The notes beneath the pieces are model-generated. The model worked only from the letters and a program-made list of their open reading frames with translations, made no database searches and was not told where the DNA came from. Positions 1-8,007 of a stretch of 64,000 bases of DNA are shown here, in pieces (position 1 is the stretch's first letter; each line of letters starts with the position of its first letter). The translations under genes and the position numbers were made by a program. The DNA is from Parachlamydiales bacterium (GTDB lineage: Bacteria > Chlamydiota > Chlamydiia > Chlamydiales > SM23-39). The DNA is taken from positions 32,001 through 96,000 of the forward strand of contig JBNLAH010000003.1 in the NCBI GenBank assembly GCA_050302075.1. The letters are read 5' to 3'.

Positions 1-755
1 TAATTTAGTGCATTCTTAAAAATTATTAGCCCTGGGCCATTAGCTGGAACTGGAACATTTTTTCGAATGCAATCTTCTTTTATTTCAGTCCAGTTTGGGA
101 GGTTCTCAAAAAATAAAGCAGCTTCAGGATGTGGCATAAGACCAAAAACTAGACCGCTGTCATCACAAACTCCTGCAATATCAAATAAAGAACCATTTGG
201 ATTTTCCTCGCTGTATTTTAAGGCTATCTTTTGATTTGCAAACATAGCTTCAATTGTTTTCTCGCTCTTTGCAAAAAAACATCCCTCACCATGTCTAATA
301 GGAAGATATAGATTGTCTATTCCTTTTAAGAAGATGCATTTGCTGGAGCAAACTTTAAGCTTCACCCATTTGTTAATAAAATAATTTGGGATGTTTGCTT
401 TTAAGGTTGTGAGACCTTCTGTTGAGAAAAAACCAAGTTGAGATAGCACTTGAAACCCATTACAGATACCTAAAATGCACTTTCCTTCATCAACAAATTC
501 TAAAAGTTTTTCTTTTAAGGAAGACTTGTACTTTAGCTTATTTGCAAAAGCTTTTCCAGCTCCAAGCTCATCACCAAATGAGAATCCTCCAGGGAAGACA
601 ATAATATGAAATTCTTTCAAATCAATTTTCTCATCTATCAGTTCATTTAAATGAGCATACTTATAATCGACGTCTAGCAAGTTAAATGCATATGCAGTTT
701 CTCTTTCGCAGTTAATGCCAAATCCAAAAATAATCAACGCTTTAATCGATGTCAT
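1..755 (-). CDS. purQ: Phosphoribosylformylglycinamidine synthase glutaminase subunit PurQ (runs off the left edge near its C-terminus)
   Basis: Not in the ORF track. Manual minus-strand translation from ATG at 755 gives MTSIKALIIFGFGINCERETA...FPGGFSFGDELGAGK...GICNGFQ...RHGEG...GLMPHPEA, the PurQ motifs. Overlaps the purL stop. Confidence 0.93.
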   Translation of the reverse strand, partial: MTSIKALIIFGFGINCERETAYAFNLLDVDYKYAHLNELIDEKIDLKEFHIIVFPGGFSFGDELGAGKAFANKLKYKSSLKEKLLEFVDEGKCILGICNGFQVLSQLGFFSTEGLTTLKANIPNYFINKWVKLKVCSSKCIFLKGIDNLYLPIRHGEGCFFAKSEKTIEAMFANQKIALKYSEENPNGSLFDIAGVCDDSGLVFGLMPHPEAALFFENLPNWTEIKEDCIRKNVPVPANGPGLIIFKNALN

Positions 756-3636
756 TTAAAGTACCCTGCCACACTGATTTTAGTTTCTCTGTATCTTCTT
801 GAATTATTTTTTCTCCTTGTTTGTCTTTGATGATAAATGTTCTATCTAAAGTAACCTTCCCAACCTTAAATATAGGCTGTTGTTGCATGACCTTTTCAAA
901 AAGTTCTATATTCTCCTGACTTATGCTAAGCACAAATCTAGAACTCGATTCAGAAAATAAAAGTTCAAGTTCATTTAAGCTTGAATGAAAATCATCTAGA
1001 GAAACTTCAACTCCGAATGAGCTTGAAAAACATGCTTCAGCAAGTGCTACTATAAAGCCTCCATCAGAAATATCGTGACAAGATGCGACATAGCCTTTCT
1101 GTATACATTCAGATAGCTTTTTATAATATATTCCAGCAACTCCAGCATCAACACTGGGAACTTTGCCTTGAGTTATCTTATTTGAAGATGCCCACTCGCT
1201 CATCATAAGCTCGTCTTTTGTGCTACCCAAAACGTATACAGCATCATCTACTTTCTTAAACTCCATTGAAATAGCCTTTCTGTAATCAGAAACCTTTCCA
1301 ATAGCTGAAATTAGCAAGGTGTATGGAATTGATATTTTTTTATCTTTAAATTTATAGTCATTTTTCATGCTGTCTTTGCCAGAAATAATTGGTAGTTTAT
1401 ATGAGCTACAGATATCAAAAAGTGCTTGATTTGCTTTGATGAGTGCTCCTAGTTTCCTTTTTCCATCAGGAGTTTTATCAATATCATAAATTGGATCTGG
1501 CCAGCAGAAATTATCTAGTATTGCAATACGCTCAAAATCTGCGCCAACACACAAACAGTTTCTTACTGCTTCATCAACGGCATTTAAAGCCATTTCATAA
1601 GGAAAATCACTAAATTTAGGGCATATCCCATGTGATATTGCAATAGCTGCCTTAGAGCTAGATCTGGTTTCTAACGGCACTAAAACAGCAGCATCCGAGG
1701 GACCTGATAGGTGGGTAAAAGGTTTGATGATAGTCTGGGCCTGCACTTCATGGTCGAATCTTCTAACAATTTTTTCCTTACTACAAACATTTAAAGAAGA
1801 AAGTACTTTTGTTAGTTCTTTCAAATAGTTTATCTCTTTTTTATAGCTAATTGGCTCGACCTTTTGATCCTCCCAAATAGCTTCCAATTCAAGCTTAGGA
1901 TGCCCAAAATGTAGAAATTTAAGATTAAGTAAGGCCACTGTCTTCGCTTCATACAAAACATGAAAATAACCACTGTTTGTAAACTTGCCAACGACAGAAA
2001 TTTCTAGTTCATGAAAGTCTGCAAGCTCTTGAAGACTTTTTAAGTCTTTAGCTGCTACAGCAAGCGTCATCCTTTCTTGTGACTCGCTGATTAAGATTTC
2101 ATAGGCCTTAATGTTTTTTGCCTTCAACTTTGCTTTATCTAAGTGTATTTCACATCCATTAGACAACAAAGCCATCTCACCGATCGAAGATGAAAAGCCT
2201 CCAGCGCCATTATCTGTAATTGCACGGTATAGCCCAAAGTCTCTGGCATTTATAATAAAATCAGATAACTTTTTTTGGGTAAAAGGATCTCCTATTTGAA
2301 CAGCTCCAATTGGGCTTTTCTCATGAAACTCTTCAGATGAAAATGTAGCTCCGTGAATACCATCTTTTCCTGTCCTACCACCTGCTATGATGATTAAATC
2401 ATTAGCCTCAACCATCTTCTTTTCAGTTGGCTGATTATTGATTCTCTTAGGTATGATTCCAATACTCCCACAGTATACAAGCGGCTTTCCTAAGTAATTC
2501 TCATTAAATACAATTGATCCATTAACTGTTGGGATTCCAGATTTATTTCCACCGTGCTCAATTCCCTTTACTACTCCTTCAAATACGCGCTTAGGATGTA
2601 AAATTTTTTCAGGCAAAGGTTTTTGATAATCAGGAGGAGCAAAACAAAAAACATCGGTATTTGCAATAACACGAGCGCCTATCCCTACTCCCAAAATATC
2701 TCTATTAACTCCCAGTATCCCTGTCAGAGCGCCACCATAAGGATCTAATGCCGATGGACTGTTATGAGTTTCCACCTTAAAGGCAACATTATATTTCTCA
2801 TTGAACTCAATAATACCAGCATTGTCGCTAAATACACTTACTAACCAATCAATACTTTTAGAAAGCTGAGTGGTCACGCTTTTAATATATGTTGAAAATA
2901 ACGAATCAATAATCTTGGCTTCACCATTTTCAATAAAAGTTATTGAAGCGTTGAATATCTTATGTTTACAGTGCTCACTCCAGGTCTGGGCGATAGCCTC
3001 CAGTTCAACGTCAGTTGGAAAAGCTTTAAGACCTAGTACCTTGCGCTTTTCTTGAACATCTTCAGATTCATAATATTTTCTGATTGTTTGCATTTCATTT
3101 AAGTTAAGAACTAAATGTCTTTTTGCGCTTAACTCCTCAAGCTCAGCATCGCTTATATCAAGTGAGATATAGTTAAAAATATCTGTATCTTTTTTAGAGA
3201 TCTCAAAAATCTCTATTACTTCATTTGCTATAAATTCCTTAACTATTTTCTCAACTAGTTTGAAACTGAGCTGTCCTTTAATAAGATAAATAGTAGAAGT
3301 GCTTAAAAATTCTTTTTCAGAAAACCTTTCGTTTAGGAAATCTTCAATTGCAATTTTAGCAGTGTTAGCTAAATTGTCATTTACCCCAGGTAGGTATTTT
3401 ACGCTGACTTTCCAGTCATAGTCTTGCTCGTCCAAAGTATTTAAGCTTTCATTGAATTGATCTGACAAGACTTCTTCTTTGATTATTTTTTTTTGCTTTT
3501 CTGTCAGCTCTTTATAGATGTGAAATCCATCAAATATAGAAATATCATGTAAAAGATGAGTACAGTATTTATTAATATTCTTAATAACTACAGATGAATA
3601 AGCCCTATCCTTTGACACGTAAATGTTTTGCATCAA
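742..3636 (-). CDS. purL: Phosphoribosylformylglycinamidine synthase subunit PurL with N-terminal PurS-like extension
   Basis: AQTWSEHCKHKIF, KVETHNSPSALDPYGGA, DNGAGGFSSS, SESQERM and CHDISDGG motifs; lies between purM and purQ. Confidence 0.95.
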   Translation of the reverse strand: MMQNIYVSKDRAYSSVVIKNINKYCTHLLHDISIFDGFHIYKELTEKQKKIIKEEVLSDQFNESLNTLDEQDYDWKVSVKYLPGVNDNLANTAKIAIEDFLNERFSEKEFLSTSTIYLIKGQLSFKLVEKIVKEFIANEVIEIFEISKKDTDIFNYISLDISDAELEELSAKRHLVLNLNEMQTIRKYYESEDVQEKRKVLGLKAFPTDVELEAIAQTWSEHCKHKIFNASITFIENGEAKIIDSLFSTYIKSVTTQLSKSIDWLVSVFSDNAGIIEFNEKYNVAFKVETHNSPSALDPYGGALTGILGVNRDILGVGIGARVIANTDVFCFAPPDYQKPLPEKILHPKRVFEGVVKGIEHGGNKSGIPTVNGSIVFNENYLGKPLVYCGSIGIIPKRINNQPTEKKMVEANDLIIIAGGRTGKDGIHGATFSSEEFHEKSPIGAVQIGDPFTQKKLSDFIINARDFGLYRAITDNGAGGFSSSIGEMALLSNGCEIHLDKAKLKAKNIKAYEILISESQERMTLAVAAKDLKSLQELADFHELEISVVGKFTNSGYFHVLYEAKTVALLNLKFLHFGHPKLELEAIWEDQKVEPISYKKEINYLKELTKVLSSLNVCSKEKIVRRFDHEVQAQTIIKPFTHLSGPSDAAVLVPLETRSSSKAAIAISHGICPKFSDFPYEMALNAVDEAVRNCLCVGADFERIAILDNFCWPDPIYDIDKTPDGKRKLGALIKANQALFDICSSYKLPIISGKDSMKNDYKFKDKKISIPYTLLISAIGKVSDYRKAISMEFKKVDDAVYVLGSTKDELMMSEWASSNKITQGKVPSVDAGVAGIYYKKLSECIQKGYVASCHDISDGGFIVALAEACFSSSFGVEVSLDDFHSSLNELELLFSESSSRFVLSISQENIELFEKVMQQQPIFKVGKVTLDRTFIIKDKQGEKIIQEDTEKLKSVWQGTLNDID

Positions 3637-3641
3637 TATCC

Positions 3642-4586
3642 CTATTTCGAAAAAACATTTCCTATTTTTATGTATTTAAGACAGCTATCAAATTGCATAG
3701 TCTCAAAAACACTTTCCGATACAATAAATGTGTAACCAATACCCATGTTAAATGTCTGATACATCACAGTATCACTAACTCCACCCTTAACTTGGATCCA
3801 CCTAAATATCTTCGGAATGTCCCAGCTATAATTTAGATCTACAAAAAAACCATCTGGCAAGGTTCTTTGAATATTATCAACCAAACCGCCTCCAGTAATA
3901 TGAGCCATTGATTTAACACTGTACTTAGTTAAAGTTCTCTCTACATCGCTTACATAAATTCTAGTAGGATGTAATAGACATTGCCCTAAACTATCACCAC
4001 CTAAAGGCTCATCTAATGACCTTTGGTTGTCGTAAATAATCTTTCTAATTAAAGAAAATCCATTGCTGTGAACTCCATTTGATGTAAGCCCTACAACTAC
4101 ATCTTTACTTTCAATATTTTTCCCATTTATAACTGAATCATTTTGGACAATTCCAACACTAAAACCTGCTAAGTCATACTCTTTTTCCTTATAAAGTCCA
4201 GGCATTTCAGCTGTCTCTCCTCCTAAAAGAGTACACTTTGCCATTTCACACCCTTTTTCAATCCCTTTAAGAACTTCTTTAGCAACATCTATGTCAAGCT
4301 TGCCACAAGCAAAATAATCTAAAAAAAATAAAGGGGTAGCCCCCGTTGTGATAATATCATTGACACACATTGCAACTAGATCAATTCCTACCGTTGAATG
4401 CTCGTTTAACTCAAATGCAAGTTTCAACTTTGTACCAACTCCATCGGTTGCAGCTACCAAAGATTGATTCTTATTAATAGGATATAGGCCAGAAAAGCCT
4501 CCTATATGGGGAAATTTTTTTTGTAAGAAGGAAACAAATTCATTTCCTAAATTAACGTCTACACCCGCCTCTTTATATGATGGCAT
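3642..4586 (-). CDS. purM: Phosphoribosylformylglycinamidine cyclo-ligase (AIR synthetase)
   Basis: SYKEAGVD, TDGVGTKL, GIDLVAMCVND, GGETAEMPG, HITGGGL and TFNMGIG motifs. Confidence 0.96.
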   Translation of the reverse strand: MPSYKEAGVDVNLGNEFVSFLQKKFPHIGGFSGLYPINKNQSLVAATDGVGTKLKLAFELNEHSTVGIDLVAMCVNDIITTGATPLFFLDYFACGKLDIDVAKEVLKGIEKGCEMAKCTLLGGETAEMPGLYKEKEYDLAGFSVGIVQNDSVINGKNIESKDVVVGLTSNGVHSNGFSLIRKIIYDNQRSLDEPLGGDSLGQCLLHPTRIYVSDVERTLTKYSVKSMAHITGGGLVDNIQRTLPDGFFVDLNYSWDIPKIFRWIQVKGGVSDTVMYQTFNMGIGYTFIVSESVFETMQFDSCLKYIKIGNVFSK

Positions 4587-4702
4587 TCATAACCGCTTTA
4601 AATAAAAATAAGCATTTTTAAATTGCAGAAATTTTTACGGCAAGTATTTTTTAAAAAAATAAATTTACAATTTTCAGGAAAAGGCTTTAATAAAGATTTA
4701 TG

Positions 4703-4731
4703 AAAAAGAGCGCAGTAAAACCTGCGCTCTT
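4703..4731 (-). terminator. Intrinsic terminator of the Cys-rich lipoprotein gene
   Basis: Hairpin AAGAGCGCAG-TAAAAC-CTGCGCTCTT with an A-run on its left (U-tail on minus strand), just past the stop at 4743. Confidence 0.8.
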
Positions 4732-4742
4732 AATTAAAAGAA

Positions 4743-5297
4743 TTATTTTTCGTTAAATCTTCTTGGATCTCGACGGTTTTGTTCACTTAACTCTGTATCT
4801 CTTCCAAAAAGTTCGTTTCTAGTATACTGTCTGCCGTTTGGTCCACAAGAACTGCAACAGCTATCACATGGATCGCAGCAATCAGGTTCACAGCAATCTC
4901 CACAACCGCAATCTCCACAACCGCAATCCCCACAGCCGCAATCATCACATCCACAATCATCACATGGGTCACAGCAGTCAGTACATTCTTTTTTCTTTGG
5001 CTGCATTGGAGCATAGATTCCTGTTGGCTGATTTGTCTCCTCACACCTTGGGTTGCACCATTCACAGTCAGATTTTGGGCAACAGTCTTTTGGGCAACAT
5101 TCGTCATCATTGTACCTTTTTCTCATAGGCATCTTAGTATCACTATCTTTCATCATTGGCTGAGACTCTCTCATTTGAGATCCTCTCATTGATTGTCTTT
5201 GACTGCTTTTGCCATCTTTGGTTGGCTGGCATGCCATAGTTAAAAAGCTCATCGCAAAAACTGCGCAGAAGAGCTTTATAAATAACTTTTTCTTCAT
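4743..5297 (-). CDS. Cysteine-rich lipoprotein, OmcA-like envelope protein
   Basis: Basic N-terminus, hydrophobic stretch and lipobox-like LTMA-C; about 29 Cys in CC/CGC/CCDPC motifs; GAGGAG RBS upstream; own terminator. Confidence 0.65.
   Translation of the reverse strand: MKKKLFIKLFCAVFAMSFLTMACQPTKDGKSSQRQSMRGSQMRESQPMMKDSDTKMPMRKRYNDDECCPKDCCPKSDCEWCNPRCEETNQPTGIYAPMQPKKKECTDCCDPCDDCGCDDCGCGDCGCGDCGCGDCCEPDCCDPCDSCCSSCGPNGRQYTRNELFGRDTELSEQNRRDPRRFNEK
4893..4961. repeat. Imperfect 15-bp tandem repeat encoding (DCGCG/DCGCD)n
   Basis: About four GCAATCTCCACAACC-like units inside the Cys-rich gene. Confidence 0.75.
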
Positions 5298-5468
5298 GAT
5301 TTCTCCTCGTTAGTAAAAACTTTCATTTATCACTTATTTTTGCAAATTATCTCTAAAATATTTTTTTGTCTAGTAGGTTATATAAAAAAATTTAAAACTA
5401 TTCCTCGTTGAGAACTTATTTTAAAAATGTTACTATTTGTGGAATTAATAATTATTAAACGGTTAATT

Positions 5469-6314
5469 ATGATAAATAAATTGTTTAAATCTTTGATTTT
5501 AATTTTATTAACGCTAGCTCCTTTATTATCAATCTCAAGTAAAGAAGCCGACAAAAAGTACTCAAATACAGCACTTTTTACTACAGAAAAAAGCTTTTCA
5601 AACTTCGGGTATTGGGAACATATAGATCTTACTAAGCTTAAAGCATCTGATAGAATTGAGAGTCAAAAAAATTTATACCGTTATGCTCTAGACCACCTAG
5701 AATTATATGATGACGACAAAGTTTTAGAGGTAGGCTCTGGCAGAGGACAAGCAGCTCAAATAATTCATGATGAATATACAGCTGACAAATATGTTGGCCT
5801 AGACGCCTCTAAAAATAATACAGAAGCTGCAAAAAAACTAAATAGCCAACTACTGGAAAGCGAAAAGACTTACAAATATATAGTAGGAAAGGCTGAGAAT
5901 TTACCCTTTGATAACACCTCATTCTCTAGAATACTCTCAGTTGAGGCTCCTAAAAATTTTTACCCTTTTGAGAGATTTATAAATGAGTCTGAAAGAGTTT
6001 TAAGACAAAATGGTAAAATCGTAATCGCATCAATCTTTGCTCAAAATGGTGATAGTATTAACTCGTTAAAGGATCTTAAGAGTTCCATTACTTCAATAGA
6101 TAAAGCTCATAAAGCTTTAAAAGCAAAAGGATTTGTAGATATCCACATTGAACCAATTGGTCAGTATGTATTTGATGGATTTGATAAATGGTCTAAAAGT
6201 TCTAATGAATATAAAAATCACCCTATGCAAATCTGGAAAAAAGCATATGATGAAGGATTGATCAATTACTATGTTATTTCAGCATACAAGCCAGTCGAGC
6301 TGATTCGAATGTAA
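5469..6314 (+). CDS. Class I SAM-dependent methyltransferase with N-terminal signal-peptide-like segment
   Basis: VLEVGSGRG motif I, GLDAS, GKAENLPFDNTSFSRILSVEA and an NFGYW motif. Likely start ATG 5469 (MINKLFKSLILILLTLAPLLS); the ORF track starts at 5427. Confidence 0.8.
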   Translation: MINKLFKSLILILLTLAPLLSISSKEADKKYSNTALFTTEKSFSNFGYWEHIDLTKLKASDRIESQKNLYRYALDHLELYDDDKVLEVGSGRGQAAQIIHDEYTADKYVGLDASKNNTEAAKKLNSQLLESEKTYKYIVGKAENLPFDNTSFSRILSVEAPKNFYPFERFINESERVLRQNGKIVIASIFAQNGDSINSLKDLKSSITSIDKAHKALKAKGFVDIHIEPIGQYVFDGFDKWSKSSNEYKNHPMQIWKKAYDEGLINYYVISAYKPVELIRM

Positions 6315-6372
6315 CTGCTTTTTAAGCTATCTTTCAGCTATTATAGTTGAATACCAGATCAAACAAAAATAT

Positions 6373-7698
6373 ATGAAAGCAAGTGCAATACTATTAATGG
6401 CTGGAAGCGGTAGTAGATTTAAGAAATCTTATCCCAAGCAATTTTATAAACTGCTTGGTACTCCAGTCTACATCCATACTTTAAAACAATTCATAAAATC
6501 AGCCATTTTTCAAGAAATTATTCTATGCTGTCATTCTGATTACATTGATGAAGTAAAAAAAGAAACAGAGCAATATCAAAATGTAAAAGTAGTATCTGGA
6601 GGGAAAACTAGACAGCAGTCGAGTTTTAATGCAATAAATGCCTGCAGTGATGACTGTGAAATAGTCTTAATACACGATGCAGTAAGACCATTTGTTAGCA
6701 CAAAAATAATAAGAGATAACCTTACCCTAGCACAAAAATACAAAGCTGTTAACACCTGCATTGAAAGTACTGATACTTTAGTAAAAACCAGTGATAAAAT
6801 AAAAATTGATAGCTTCCCTGACCGTAAGAGCCTTATGCGAGGACAAACCCCACAAACGTTCGAATATTCTTTAATAAAAAAGGCTCACTTAAATGCAATT
6901 AAAAAGAACATAACAAATGCAACTGATGATTGTCAGTTAGTCTTTATGCTCCCTCACCCTGTTTACATCTGTAAAGGTGAAGAGAAAAATATAAAAATCA
7001 CAACCCCTTTTGATATTAATATCGCAAAACAGATCCTTCAAGAAGCAGAAATATCTTTAGAGCCTTCAGATAAATCATTTGAAGGAAAAAAATATATCTT
7101 GATTGGGGCTAGTGGAGGTATTGGGAAACACATACATAATCTTATTGAACAAAACGAAGGGTTTGTTATTCCTGTATCTTTAAAGAACTCAAAATACAAG
7201 ATGGATCTAACAAAGAAAGAAAGCATTAAAAGTGTTTTAGAAATGATCCATAGCAAATACGGCCCTGTAGATGGGTTAATTAACTCTGCAGGTCTTTTAC
7301 ATAAGTCGCCGCTTTCTGTTTTAACAGATTCAGAAATTGACAATCTAATTAATATTAACCTTACAGGTGTCATATATTGTTGTAAGTTTACAAAAATAAA
7401 GCGACATGGACACATCATTAACGTTTCATCTTCTTCTTACGTAAAAGGAAGAAAGAATCATAGCATTTATTCAAGCTCAAAAGCTGCACTAGTTAATTTC
7501 ACTCAAGCATTAGCGGAAGAAAGAGAAGATTTATATATCAATTCTGTAGTTCCCCAAAGAACCAATACCAATATGAGAAGATCCCATTTCTATGATGAAG
7601 ATCCTAATGAACTATTATCGCCTGATACCGTAGCTTTGGAAATTATCAATATATTAAAAAATGAACAAAGCGCAAAAGTATTCGAGCTATTCATATAA
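6373..7698 (+). CDS. Bifunctional IspD/TarI-type cytidylyltransferase fused to a short-chain dehydrogenase (Bcs1-like architecture)
   Basis: N-terminal MAGSGSRF..PKQF, IHDAVRPF, GQTPQTF, ATDD, NIKITTPFD; C-terminal SDR IGASGGIG, INSAG and YSSSK (YxxxK). Confidence 0.85.
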   Translation: MKASAILLMAGSGSRFKKSYPKQFYKLLGTPVYIHTLKQFIKSAIFQEIILCCHSDYIDEVKKETEQYQNVKVVSGGKTRQQSSFNAINACSDDCEIVLIHDAVRPFVSTKIIRDNLTLAQKYKAVNTCIESTDTLVKTSDKIKIDSFPDRKSLMRGQTPQTFEYSLIKKAHLNAIKKNITNATDDCQLVFMLPHPVYICKGEEKNIKITTPFDINIAKQILQEAEISLEPSDKSFEGKKYILIGASGGIGKHIHNLIEQNEGFVIPVSLKNSKYKMDLTKKESIKSVLEMIHSKYGPVDGLINSAGLLHKSPLSVLTDSEIDNLININLTGVIYCCKFTKIKRHGHIINVSSSSYVKGRKNHSIYSSSKAALVNFTQALAEEREDLYINSVVPQRTNTNMRRSHFYDEDPNELLSPDTVALEIINILKNEQSAKVFELFI

Positions 7699-7699
7699 T

Positions 7700-8007
7700 T
7701 TTTTGAAACTTCACCTTCTGCTATTTTTTTAATGTGCCATAGATTTTCTTTGGGTAATCCTAACGAAATAAGCCTTTTCGATTTTTTCCAAATCTAATTG
7801 ACATAACTCATCTAAACTAAAGTGTGCCATCTCAGCTTCTCTCAAGATTTCCCTTTCTTTTAAGCCTTGATCATTCTTGGCGTGTATATAAGTTTCTATA
7901 CGAGAATTGTCTATATATAGATCAACAAGTGTTATTATGCTTTTTTTTTTAACTCTTCTGAAATTATTAAATTGCTACTTGAGATTTCAGCTAACAATTT
8001 ATTGATA
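7700..8007 (-). pseudogene. Frameshifted C-terminal remnant of the 721-aa orphan gene
   Basis: Out-of-frame segments after the stop translate to VDINKLLAEISS..., SIITLVDLYIDNSRIETYIHAKNDQGLKEREILREAEMAHFSLDELCQLDLEKIEKAYFVRIT and ENLWHIKKIAEGEV, resembling the end of the first internal repeat; a T10 run at 7941-7950 marks one frame change. Confidence 0.6.

Noticed and set aside
4787..5128. Overlapping 107-aa and 96-aa ORFs, and a possible CRISPR-like repeat
   Set aside because: Alternative frames of the Cys-codon tandem repeat; units are contiguous 15-mers with no spacers.
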